Below the pieces are notes generated by a model. It worked only from the letters and a program-made list of their open reading frames with translations. It did no database searches and was not told where the DNA came from. From NCBI RefSeq assembly GCF_025526975.1, contig NW_026515670.1, positions 806,001 through 870,000 of the forward strand: a stretch of 64,000 nucleotides of DNA, written 5' to 3'. The stretch's first letter is position 1; the number at the start of each line of letters is the position of its first letter. Positions 49,341-60,880 of this stretch are shown here, in pieces. The DNA comes from Fimicolochytrium jonesii. Taxonomy: Eukaryota. The position numbers and the translations under genes were made by a program.

Positions 49341-49845
49341 TTACTGCTGGTAGCTCCAGACTCTAGAAGAAAGTTCAAAAGCCGCTTTAGCACTCGAGTC
49401 ATAGAGTCGACAAACCAAATTACGCAAATAAGCCTCACCCCTTGAGGTAACCGTCAGCGGTAGCAAGGCGGTTGATGGAGTCGTCAGACTCGCCCAGAGC
49501 GCGGACGAAGCCGGACAGAGCGTAGGTCTCGAAGGTACCGGTCAGACGGCCAGAAGCGTCGACATCGGCGACGTTGATCTGGACGGAGGCGTGGTCCTTA
49601 GCGGTGATAAGGCGGCCAGTGGCAGAGCACTTGCGGGGAATGTAGAGGTCGACGACCTGGTGTGGGTGCAAGTATTGATAAGTCCGACGAACGTTCTTGC
49701 AAAGAACCGGCAGCGATTCTCCTCCCAATTCGAGAGTGAAAACCTCCAGAGCCGAGCCTCGACTAGCTGACCCCAAAATTCCTCCATCCCACGGTTCCCT
49801 CCCAAACGACACAGCGACACTAACCTGGCCCTTCTCGTTCTCCAT
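49341..49845 (-). CDS. RPS21: 40S ribosomal protein S21 (eS21), 3 exons
   Basis: [52 protein letters not shown]. Confidence 0.97.
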
Positions 49846-49996
49846 TGCTGACTGTGAGGGTGTGTGGAATGACCGAAAGGGGATGTCCAGGTATTATCGT
49901 ACTGCTAAGTGCGCAAAAGGAGGAAGGGACCGCACGGCCGTTGGACGTTTTCTTCCCCAGACGACGCTTCGGAAAATAAATCACGGGAATCTCACA

Positions 49997-50007
49997 TGAC
50001 GCGTGTG
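49997..50007. promoter_or_regulatory. TGACGCGTGTG element in the RPS21 / pseudo-exonuclease bidirectional promoter
   Basis: An identical 11-mer occurs at 54733-54743. It contains the ACGCGT (MCB-like) core. Confidence 0.45.
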
Positions 50008-50106
50008 ACGTTTAAATGCCATCAAGTTTCCGTCGTGAAATTCGAACATCCAATTCGGCGTTTTGCGAATCTTCAAGCGCCCTCGTCAGGTGAAGCACTT
50101 GCAACG

Positions 50107-52800
50107 ATGTACAGGCCTTGCCTGCTAGCTGCGACCAGAAGACGGTCTAGAGGGACCACTCGCTTCCTCTCAACCCCCGATCCCACCCACGCCCGATCCA
50201 TCCTTGGCGGCTTACTCCGACCCACTTGCGCGAATGTTTCGACGTATGCCAACAAACCACCTCCAGGGACGAATATCAAAAGGGCCAGCGTAGGCCGGCA
50301 CGAACGCCGGGGACCACCGAAGGAACGGCCTTCGAAGTTGCAGGAAGACAAGGACCATGATCGCAAACCTTCTCGCGGCAGCTATGCGGCCAGGGATGAA
50401 GGGCGAGATAAAACACGCAGCGCCCCGTCGTCGCGAGGGCAGAAGGACGAGAATGAGTTTCGAGCATCTCCTCGTGGCAATTCTGAGGGTGGGAACAAGC
50501 ACAGCGGGCCATCCTCAAAGTGGAGGGTAGACGAGGGTGGCTTCTATGACTCCCTCCACGGCGAATCTGCGGAGATGAATAATCGCCGCGCACCGCCGTC
50601 GAGGGGGAATGATGTTCGGGAATCTCCTGGCGGCGGATACGAAAAAAACGCAGCGCGAGGAGGATCGCGCAGCGCGCCGTCGTCAAGGTGGCAGGGAGAA
50701 GACAATGACATGCGGGCTGGCAAGTCGGCAGAGAGGAATGTAGGGCGAAACGGACTCCGCAGCGGTCCTCAGTCAAGGAGACAAGAAGACGAGGATGACA
50801 GCCGAATGCCGTCCAAGCCGCGGAATGATCGGAGCACCAAAGAGGACCGGATCGACCGGAATTTAACTCGGGGTACGGCTGACTATGGGCGTTCGAGTGG
50901 GGAGGCCTCGAAGAGGAAAGACTTGGAGGAGGAGGATGCGGGCAACCCCTTTGCTGAATGCACTTCGTACAGCTCGGGTACGGGCGATACGACCATACAA
51001 TCCCGGAACGCAGACCGGAATAGGACCGGAGTCGCCGGAGCTAGCGGCGGCGACTCATATGACGAACCCTCGTGCTTGGACCAGAACCCGGAGGAAGGCG
51101 ATGAACCTCACTTGGAAAGACGAAAATGGATCAAAAAGCCAAAGATCAAACCAAAAAGCGTCTTTGAGGACACCCCAGTCGAAGTGATCTGGCAGGAGCC
51201 CGACGAGGACGGCAACCGACGTTGGCGCCCGGCTTCCAAGAAGGGAATCGTGCCGATCACTGAAGGATACAAGATCAACGTGCCGATGTATGATTCCGAG
51301 GGCAATCCTAGCCAGGAAAAGCGGATCATCCTAGATGTTCTGTTCTCTACCTGGGGACCCGTCCTTCAAAAGTGGCTAATGGATGAAGCATACAATGCGC
51401 CACTCATTGGCCTTTCCGGCATGCAGAGACCGCATTACACCCCGGGCACCAAGAACTTGAACCCGATTCATGCACTCACGATCGCAACGCCGCAGAATAA
51501 GGTTTTGGTTGTCATGCCTGGACGCATGACGCGAGCGCATTGGCGTAAATTCAATCCGATCTTGTTCAACAAGATTCTGAAGAACGAGAACGTGAAGAAG
51601 ATAGGAGTAGACATCAACGATATGCTTGATCGGCTGCAGGTTGACTGGAAACAAGCCTTCAATTCGCGCAACTACTGTGGGATATACGACGTGGCTCAAG
51701 TGTTGCGGATGGACACGGAATTTTATGACCATCCACCTCCGAAAAGGTTGAAAGCACGAAAGCATACCGTCAGCTATTTGGCAGAGATGAAGGAGCGGCA
51801 AATCAAAGAACCTCTACCGGATATGCCGCCTCTTGGGAAGGGTGTACCAATCGTGGATCCGAAGACGCGCATGCTAGCGGAGCGATATATCAACATCGAT
51901 CTGCAGCAAGCACAAGCCGACGCTAAATGGACTGGGAATCCGTTGCAAGAACCCTGGGTTGGATTCACGGCCATCAACGCATGGCTTCCTATTGCATTAT
52001 GGGAAGCTGGGCAGGAGAGTATGGCGCCGCCAACATTCCTCAACGCCGTCGAGCAGCAAAAGATATCGAAAACACGGCCGGCCAAGGGCGAATTCACTCT
52101 GAAAGTGCAGTTGGCCATGAAGCAACTCGAACAAAAGCTCGCTGTGCAAAAACAGCTGAAGGAAGCGGGCGAAGAAGTGCCGTTCGAAGAGATGTCTCCC
52201 GACGAACAACGGGCATGCTTCCTCAAGCGACGAGCCAATGCGGACCAGTTGGAGCAGAAAAGTGCGCTCAGGTTCCCGAACCCTATCCCTAGGCATCTGA
52301 CTCCAGTTGGCGTAGCGGATCTGAAGAAACAGGCGAAGAAAGAGGCGGAAGCCCAAGCGGTTGCTGATGGGGACGTGACTGGCACCGAAGCTGAGGATGT
52401 GGATGAAATTGTTGAGGATGAGATCGAGGAGGACAGATACGACTACGTTGACGCACCCCTCCCTACCGTCGAAGTCGAAAATCGGTCACAGCAGGAGAAG
52501 CAGTACTCAAAGTTCATCTTGGATTCGGGTGAGGAAGACCTCTCCGAGGACTTCGACCAGATACCCCACGATAAGTTGGACGATGAGTACGACCGCGTCG
52601 CAGACAGATTCGATTACGATGACTTGCCACCGCTGGAGCCCCGTGACCCTCGTGACTACGTGACGGATTCCGACTTTTTTGAAGACACGTTGCGGGAAAC
52701 GCAGGACGCACTTGAAGGCCGGTTTAAGGAGAGAGAGGAGCAGTATAAGAAGCGGAAGCAGAAGGGGGAATCGGCTGAATCTTCGAGAGGCCAGAAATGA
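50107..52800 (+). CDS. Intronless protein with mitochondrial-type presequence, disordered R/G/S/D region, degenerate WRN/EXD2-like 3'-5' exonuclease domain and acidic tail
   Basis: MYRPCLLAATRRRSRGTTRFLS N-terminus. LIGLSGMQ..ALTIAT..ILKNENVKKIGVDINDM..YDVAQV..LAERYINIDL..KWTGNPL..FTAINA follows the DEDDy exonuclease layout with the catalytic residues replaced. Confidence 0.65.
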   Translation: MYRPCLLAATRRRSRGTTRFLSTPDPTHARSILGGLLRPTCANVSTYANKPPPGTNIKRASVGRHERRGPPKERPSKLQEDKDHDRKPSRGSYAARDEGRDKTRSAPSSRGQKDENEFRASPRGNSEGGNKHSGPSSKWRVDEGGFYDSLHGESAEMNNRRAPPSRGNDVRESPGGGYEKNAARGGSRSAPSSRWQGEDNDMRAGKSAERNVGRNGLRSGPQSRRQEDEDDSRMPSKPRNDRSTKEDRIDRNLTRGTADYGRSSGEASKRKDLEEEDAGNPFAECTSYSSGTGDTTIQSRNADRNRTGVAGASGGDSYDEPSCLDQNPEEGDEPHLERRKWIKKPKIKPKSVFEDTPVEVIWQEPDEDGNRRWRPASKKGIVPITEGYKINVPMYDSEGNPSQEKRIILDVLFSTWGPVLQKWLMDEAYNAPLIGLSGMQRPHYTPGTKNLNPIHALTIATPQNKVLVVMPGRMTRAHWRKFNPILFNKILKNENVKKIGVDINDMLDRLQVDWKQAFNSRNYCGIYDVAQVLRMDTEFYDHPPPKRLKARKHTVSYLAEMKERQIKEPLPDMPPLGKGVPIVDPKTRMLAERYINIDLQQAQADAKWTGNPLQEPWVGFTAINAWLPIALWEAGQESMAPPTFLNAVEQQKISKTRPAKGEFTLKVQLAMKQLEQKLAVQKQLKEAGEEVPFEEMSPDEQRACFLKRRANADQLEQKSALRFPNPIPRHLTPVGVADLKKQAKKEAEAQAVADGDVTGTEAEDVDEIVEDEIEEDRYDYVDAPLPTVEVENRSQQEKQYSKFILDSGEEDLSEDFDQIPHDKLDDEYDRVADRFDYDDLPPLEPRDPRDYVTDSDFFEDTLRETQDALEGRFKEREEQYKKRKQKGESAESSRGQK

Positions 52801-53348
52801 TCGTATAAGAAATGTTTGGCACAAAATCTCAACCAGCCCGCACTTTCGCATCTTTCCTACATGGCAGTCCGCCTCGCCGTGCTGAGTTGAGTGGCGGGGG
52901 GTTGAAAGAAGGCTGCTTTTCATGATTTATCTAGGGCGTATTGCCAGTTTCTGTCACGATCGTTAGTCAACATAGGCTGCAATTTCCGGGCCTAACGATG
53001 GGCGGCGGACATGTAGTGCTAGATTCGTCAAGTGGTATGGCATGATACATATGTACAGATTACTGCTTTCTATATCTTGAGGATGATGAACCTTCTGGAG
53101 CGCTGATGTGAACGAGCCTTGTAAGGCAAGAAGCTCTGGCTGTGCGGTCCCCACAATGCCTACGCCCTAATTACCTCTAGATCTAAGGGTAGGTCGACGT
53201 TGAAAAAGCGCGGCTTTGTCCCATTACCCGAGCTCCGACTAGTGTTCTACCGATCCCCGAAAAATGAAAGCGATCTCGTTAGCGCGGTCTTGTCTCCGAG
53301 CGACAAGGATGTGAAAAAAGGGGTTCTGATCCTCATCTTTCGGATGTC

Positions 53349-54603
53349 TCAACTGTTGGCCGATGGTTTCTCAGGTATGGCGTCCTTCGGAGGCCCGTCA
53401 TCCGGCCACAGTTTCGCAAAAGTGAAAGATACCCGCTGCTCCGGCGTGTAATCCGCCCAATTGAAAGAGCCTATCACCACGCGGGTTCGCAGAACCGGTC
53501 CGACGGGTTTTCCAGTCTTTGGGTTGACAAATCCATGAAGCGTGAACTGCGCTCGTTTTACCCATGTGCCGTACAGATGGCGCGGGGCAAAGTCTCGGAA
53601 CGGCGATACGTTTTTTGTCGCCAGCATCTGAAGTTGCTCCTTCATTCCCTTTTTATGCATCTCCTTCGGTGAAAAGTATGCATTGCCGATGGTTGATATG
53701 CAGTTGCGGAACCCGTCGAAATTCGACCGCCAGAAAATGCACTCCATAGCAGTCTCGGTGTCCGGTATGGACACGACTCGGCCATCGAAGAAGGCCGCTC
53801 CGCCCAACATCCGTTCCCGAACAGGCTCCTTCAAATCGTCCCAGTTGGCTCGGCTGAGGTGGTAATTTAGGCGAGCGGCGGCGTAGGACGCCGGAACAGA
53901 CGCAAGTTTCTGGAGGCGTCCATTGTACATGTGTTGTTGGGGTTGCACATTATGGCTTTTCTTCAATTTTGAGGATGCTTTGTGTCTTCGTTTGTTTGAA
54001 CCGCCTTCCCCGCCTTCGGTTTCGTCGACCTTATCTTCATCTTCCTCAGGTATCACTGAATCAGATACAGGTGTTGCAGGAAAAACCAACGATATTTCGT
54101 CTGACTGAGTGTACCCCAGCACGGGGTTGAACCGTTGAACAAGATCCACGGTCGTGTTGACCATGGCTTCAGTGAGGCGCACGTCAAATGGCTTGACAAT
54201 GCCCTTCGTGAAGGTGCTGAAAGCCACGCCGTCTAATCGAATCACATATGGCTTATCGTTCGGTACTAACGGGTCGAGGTTCTTCTCTATGACTTTGATT
54301 CTGAGAGACGCCAGTATTAGCTCCTTGCGAAATGGTAAAGGCAGCTGACACCTGGGCCGAGAGCGCTTGCCCGCCGAACCATTCTTAAACAACTTACTTG
54401 TCGGCGAGACCCGTCGCATACATGGAGTACAGGGCATCGTGGGCGGTCTTGGGCAGGCCAGAAGCCAGCTCCGGCGAGTCGGCGCTCATTGAAGTTAAGG
54501 TTTTCAGCGACCGAAAATTTGTAAGAGGCAACCGGTGGTAAGCCTGCCTGCAGCGTAGTCGGAGGTGGGAAACTACAGAGCCTCGATATGGGAGAAAGAG
54601 CAT
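53349..54603 (-). CDS. Thg1-like protein (TLP; 3'-5' nucleotidyltransferase) with predicted mitochondrial presequence, 2 exons (intron 54301-54397)
   Basis: YVIRLDGVAFSTFT, PFD, GYTQSDEISLVF, YNGRLQK, FDGRVV and WRSNFDGFRN. It lacks the HINNLY motif of true Thg1. Confidence 0.9.
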
Positions 54604-54732
54604 TTCACGGTCCAAAAGGTATCGCCATCGAATAAATACAGAGTAGTTGCCCCGCCCGAGCGAGCGAAACCTCGGGAATCGATCGGGAGGGGGATTCGAA
54701 GGACGCGAGGGCAACGGTGGCGCAGCGCAGTG

Positions 54733-54743
54733 TGACGCGTGTG
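54733..54743. promoter_or_regulatory. TGACGCGTGTG element in the TLP / coiled-coil gene bidirectional promoter
   Basis: Identical to the element at 49997-50007. Confidence 0.45.
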
Positions 54744-54882
54744 TCATCGGTGTCATCCTTGCGGGCTTTCTCGCAAACGGCAAATTGACAGTTCGTCCCA
54801 ATTCCACCCCCGATTCCTTCCATCGCAAGTCTCGTCGAGACGAAAGCCAGCCGAAATTGGATTAGCTCTCAAAGTAAAAGCA

Positions 54883-57800
54883 ATGGCTGCTGATACAAAG
54901 CCAGCAGAAACCACTCTGGTGCGCTTTGTATGCTGCATTTGCCAATGAGGGGCTGGGGGAAACTGATCTAAAGCCCGTTTCCAGAGCCTCGAACAGGCCC
55001 TCGAGCAGATTAGTCATGAGAAGGCCGAAACTCATCGGGTCGAAGAAGCTCGGCTTAACTTGGAGAAAGAGCTGAGAAAGGCAAATAGTAAGTGAGATTG
55101 TCTCAGATCTCTCGTCTGAATCGCACATACTTGCAAACAGATTGTGCGATGTATGATCCATGCATATTCCACCCCACCTGATATGAATGTAACGCAGCAC
55201 TGATATCCAAGTCGAACAACGCTAAAACCATACAGCAGCTCACTGACGAAAATGCCAAGTTGAAGGTCGAGTTGGAACTACTCGGGGATCAGAAAATGCA
55301 GGTATGGCATAGTTCCCTGGCGCAGCGGATCGTAGAGGGAGTGTCTGAAGACGCACATCACTGAAACGTTTTGCCCTCAGAACCAGGCTTTGAAAGAAAA
55401 CATACATCACTTGGTCGCTAGCTCTGATCAGCAACGGAAGGCGCTGGAGCAAAAACTCTCGATCGCTGTCAAGGAGCTCACGGAGCTTCGCGGGCAGCAA
55501 ACCGACCAGCCTAAAGAGGAAGTCAAACCACCCCCACCGTATACCGCTGGCGATCCAAACGTTCACGCAGTTGCAGAGCAGATGATGGAGAAAGCAGAGA
55601 TTCAGGCCTTGCAGCAGATAGTCAAAAGCCTCCGTGATGAGAAGGGCCACTTGATTGAGTCTCTGAACGACCTGTCTCAACAGGTGGCGGAGTTGAAAGA
55701 GAAGGACCCTTCTGCGAAGAGCTCAACTGCTTCGACAACGTCCAGCACTGTTGCAGCTACCGCAACCGCTGCTCGCTCATGGTGGAACAAGACGGCTGCT
55801 GGCGCTGTAACAGGCACAGCACCAGCTCCAGCAACCAACAATGCGCAGGCAACCTCAACTACTATTTTAGCCGGGAAATCCAGCGAGTCTGTGGAGCACA
55901 AAGACGGAAAGGCGCCGGAGACGCCTGCGGCATCACAGCAGGGTGCGCCTGGACCTCCACCCGCGACAGGCACTGCCGGTGTATCGAAGTGGTGGAGTAG
56001 AGGCGCGGCAGGTGCCGCCTCTGCCGCCACTCCTGCTACTGCCGCTGCGGCCGCACCGACCGCAACTTCTACAGGAGATCAGAAGAAAGAGCTTGAATCT
56101 CTCAAAGCTGAAAACAAGCATCTTCAGGAATCTTTGCACAAAGTGCAACAGCAGCTGAATGTACTCCAGTCTAAGCAGTCGCAAGCGCCGCAAGCCTCCG
56201 CAGGACAAGATAATACTGCAACCCAACATAACATCGAAGAACTACGTAAGGAGAAGGAAGCGTTGCAGCAAAAGCTGGATACTGCTGTCGGCGAGCTTGA
56301 CACTTTGCGCAAAGCTGGTGAATCTGCGAATAGTGATACGAAACAACTTGCAGACAAATATCAAGTGGCCAATGCTGAGATTGCGACCTTGAGGGAGCAA
56401 TTAGCGAAGACTGCTTCTTCTCCTTCGCCCGACGCTCAATTACAAGCAGAACCAGCATCACAGGAAGACAAGCTAGAGCTTCAAACAAAGCTGGATGCAG
56501 CCCTTCATGAAGTTTCCGAGCTGAAGACCGAGGCGCAAAGGACTTCGGACGCCCTCAAAACCTCTTCTGAGGAAGCCGCTAGATTCCGGGCACAGCTCGA
56601 GAATTTGGTTGGAGAGCATGCGAAGGAGAGGGAGGCATGGAAGGCCAGTAGCCATTCTCTAGAGCAACAGCTAGCCGCTGCAACCGCCCTCAAAGCCGAA
56701 TTGGATCAGGCTAAAGTGGCTGCGGAGGAATGGCAACAACGTCACTCAGCGCTCTCGAAGGATTTGGATGAGAAGAAAGCTGCGGCTGAAGGAGAGACGG
56801 CAAAGCTCCAAGCGCAGATTCAAGACATTCTGGCGGGACATGAGAAGGAAAGAGCGGAATGGAATGCCAAGCTCAAGGATCTGAAGCAGCAGCTGAACAG
56901 AGCGATTGCATCCCAGTCTGAGAACGGAGCTCAAGAGGAAGCTCTTGCTGATTTGAAGCGGCAGCTAGCAGAAGCTCTTGAGCGAGAGGAGCACTTGAAG
57001 ACATCAAAGCAGGATTTGGACATTCAACTAGCATCTGCTCGCGAATACGCCGATACCCAAAGAGGATTACTGGACACGGCTACGAAAGACGGGAATGATG
57101 GGAAGGACCAAGTGCGAGCTGCTCAGGAAGAGATACAGAAACTGACCAGTCAGCTTGAGACCCTCAAAGTCCAGTTGCAGACCGAAGGCACGCAAGGAAC
57201 GCAGGTGGAAGCACTCACCGAAGAACTTCGAGTGGCGCAACAGGAGCTTTCGGTAGCTAAGCAAACCGCATCGTCTCACCTTGATTCTATCCAGAAGCTC
57301 GAGCTGGAGAATCGAAAGATTGCTGACGAGTGGCGGGGGCTTCAAGCCGACCTAGAGGAGACCAGAGCTCGGTCTCAAGAAGCACAGGAGCGCGCGAAGG
57401 TCCAGACCGAACATGCCGACGAACTTAAACGTCTCGCAGACACACAAAGGGACGAAGCGAAACGCCTAGCCGACGCATCAGCGACCCTACAGAAGAAACA
57501 CCACGACGACATCGCATCGCTGGAATCGCAGTTACAGATCGAGAAGGCAAATCTCGAACGAATCACGCGTGAGAAGCAGGAGTTCCAGCATGCTCTTGAA
57601 GCACAGGGCCAAGACGCGTCGGCGCGTATGGAGGAGCTTAACCGCCTCAACGCGGACTGGGAGAAGCGGTTAGTGGAAGATTTGGCGAAGCACGATGAAG
57701 ATGGGGCTCGAAAGGCGGATGAGCTGCGAACGGGCGAGATTGCACGGTTGCAGTGGCAGTTTGATGAACGCCTGGTTGCGGCAGAGGCGCGGGTGGATGA

Positions 57801-60800
57801 AGTGAGGAGGTCGAAGGAAGAAGAGATTCAGCAGCTTACTTCTGCGATCGAAAGGGTCCTTTCGGAAAAACTCGCTGCACTCGAGGCGTCTTCCAAAGCT
57901 AGCGCTGAAGAAGCAAAGTCTTCTGAATTTGATCAACTTAGGACGCGGCACGAGGCAGTTCTGGATGAAACGCGGGCTTCGCTGCAGGATGCCCACAAGA
58001 AGGAAGTAGCGGATCTCACGGCATCGTTTGAGGCAAGGCTTGCTGAAGCGAAAGAATCCGCCTCAACTTCATCAAACACAGCTGCAAAGGCGGCCTATGA
58101 TGCTGAGATCCAGCGTCTGAAAGCTGAACATGAGCAGCACCTCCAACAAGCTTTGGACGCGAAGGATCGGGATATTGATGCAGTTAAGACTGCCCATCTG
58201 GAACAGATTGCACATTTGACACAGGAGAAAGAGACGTTGCAGGCCGAGCATGATCGCAACGTGCAAACTGCGCTCAAAGCTAAAGAGAGCGAGCTTGAAT
58301 CACTTCAGGCGGCACATAGAGAGGATCTCGCGAGGCTTACTGAGGAGCAATCCAAAGCGAAGGTTAACAACGAAAATCTCGTGCAGGAAGCGGTCAAAGC
58401 GAAAGAGCAGGAGATTGCCGCTTTGCAGGTTGCCCATCAGGCGGAGCTTGCTCGATTGAGTGAGTTAGAAGATAAGCTGAAAGGCGACAGCAGTCAAGTT
58501 GTTGCAGAAGCTATCAAAACCAAGGACAATGAAATCGCAAAATTGACTGAAGAGCATGAAAGGAAAATCGCGGACGGGATCGCAAAGGCTCAGGCTAACG
58601 CAACCGATTCAGCGAAGCGCCAAACGGAGGAAGACATTGCCCGTATCCGAGATGAGCATGAGAAAGCTTTGCAGCAAGCTTTAGCAGCCAAGGAACAAGA
58701 AGTGAGGGCCGCGTTAGAGTCAGAGTTCACTCGAAAGCTTGCAGAATCTTCCAGCGACAATGACCGCAAGGTGGCCGAGAAATTGGCTGAGGCCGACAAG
58801 ACGCAACGTGTTGCTGCTGAGAGCGACAAAGAGCAGGCAATCCAGTCATTGAAGGAGGCCAGCGATATGGCGGCTGGTGCGTTGAACGCGAGGATCAGTG
58901 AGACGGAGCAGAAGTTGAAGGCAGTGGAGGAAGCTTATTCGAAGGAGGTGGCCGAGCTGAAGGCGCGGCTGCAGGAGAAGGAGAAGAAGCTCGCGGAAAC
59001 AGAAAAGAATACGGCAGACGCACACAAATCCCATGAAGCCTTTGTTGCGTCGTTAACAGAGCGGATACATAAGCTGGAACACGCCGAAAAAGGTGCGGCT
59101 GAGAAACATTCCACAGACGGTGAAGAAAGGTTCAAGCGCGAGAAGCTGGAGCTGGAGGAGAAATGGAAGAAGGAACAGAAGGAGAAGCAGAAAGTGCAAG
59201 CCGAGTACGAGAAGCATAAGAAGGATGCTGTGGATCTTCAGAAACGGCTAGAGAAGGAAATTATCTCGAAAGGAGAGGAGCTCGGGAGCTACCTGCGGAA
59301 AGGCAAGACAGCGGAACAGGAGTTACAAACCATCAAAGCAGAGCATGCGAAGTTGGTCGAGGAGAACAAAGTCAACGTGGAAAAGCTTTCGCGGCAACTG
59401 GACGAAAAGACGAAGACGCTCACTCGTCAACTGGAAGAAAAGACAAAAGAACTCGAGCAACTTCGCCGCGGAGAGACGCAAAACCGTGTCGAAGTGCAGC
59501 CTTTGAAGGAGGAGCTCAGTACCTTACAGTCACAGCACCATGCCTTAACAGCAGAGCTAGAGGTAGCACGTGCGTCCCTCGAGCGATCGAACAAGCTGAC
59601 TCAAGAGAAGGAAGATAATGTCAAGAAGCTCAAAGTCCGCATCGACGAGATGCAGATTGGCGATGCAGCTCTAAAGAAGGCAATCGCCAAATTAGAGAAG
59701 GAGCGCGACGATACGACGGCTCAATTACAGCCGCTTCAGCAGAGAATCCGGGAACTTGAAGCGCATGTGACTGAAAAGGCGACGGAGCTGGAGGGTGCCA
59801 CACAGAGCGTCAACACTCGACTGGAGCAGGTGGAGGTGGAGAAGGCAAAGTTGGAAAAGGATAATGGAGAGCTTCAGAGCAAGCTCAAGCAGATGGAGAG
59901 CGACAACAAGATTCTGGAGCGGAAGACTGCTCAGATTGTGGGTACATGGCGGATGTTTGACAGCGGGCGGTAGATGTATGAGCTGAACTCTCAGCTGCCC
60001 ATAGGTTAAGGATCTTCAAAAGCAGCTTGCCAAAGAGCGGAAACAACGCGAACAGCATGACGAGACAGAATCTTTTGGGACAAGTAAGTTGACGCCAGCC
60101 CGTGATGAGGGAGGTAGTTAGATCACTCACTCCCCCGTCATTACAGCACACCAAGATGACAAGTCACCATCTATCCGCAACAGTAATGCTGATCTAGCTC
60201 GGAGCGCCAAGAGTCCACAATCGATTGAGACACCTGGCGTGCCGAAGGTTGAGCGCGTAAGAACCTTCATCAAGACTCGTGAACTGGAAGCTTCGACTAA
60301 CCCGTTTGTTTTCAGATGGGTGTCGATCTGGTGAACTTGGCACAAGAAAACGAGGCTCTGAACAAGCGGGCAAAGTATCACGAGGAGGAAGTAAGAGCGA
60401 TACTTCTTTGGCATTGAGCTGAGAACTTGATGAAGCTGACAATGGACACTCCCAGCTCAAACAAGCTTACGATAGAGTCACCCGTCTATCAGAGGATTTG
60501 GAACAAAAATCGAACGTGATACGGCAATATGTATTACGAGACAATGCGCAGAAACTGCAGCCAGATGAGAAACCGAAGACATCCGTGGGTATCTGAGCCG
60601 TTTGACCAACTTGTGATGAATCGCTGACGGAGTTCCTTCCAACTTCCAGGCCTTCAACCTGAACATATTATCAAGCACGTCGGCGATGCAGCGAATGGAC
60701 CCTGTGCAACTTTCTCAGATTAACAACAAGATGCAAAAGCTGCTAGAGGTCTGTCTTGCTCCGAATCGCGTTCAGGTTTCAGACTTCTGTTACTGACTAT

Positions 60801-60880
60801 CCTTCGTCATCAAGGAGCTCACGACGAAGATGATGGACATGGAAGAGCAACTGAGAAAAGCAAGAGCAGTTGCTATATAG
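54883..60880 (+). CDS. Very long coiled-coil tether-like protein with GRIPAP1/CCDC186-like C-terminus, multi-exon
   Basis: 1527-aa heptad-rich ORF. Spliced C-terminal exons give LERKTAQIVKDLQKQLAKERK, EDLEQKSNVIRQYVLRD and QINNKMQKLLEELTTK, which resemble the C-terminal motifs I recall for GRIPAP1/CCDC186. Confidence 0.7.
58123..58572 (+). repeat. Degenerate 120-bp (40-aa) tandem repeat, about 4 units, inside the coiled-coil gene
   Basis: Units start at 58123, 58243, 58363 and 58483: AEHEQHLQQALDAKDRDI / AEHDRNVQTALKAKESEL / VNNENLVQEAVKAKEQEI / GDSSQVVAEAIKTKDNEI. Confidence 0.75.
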
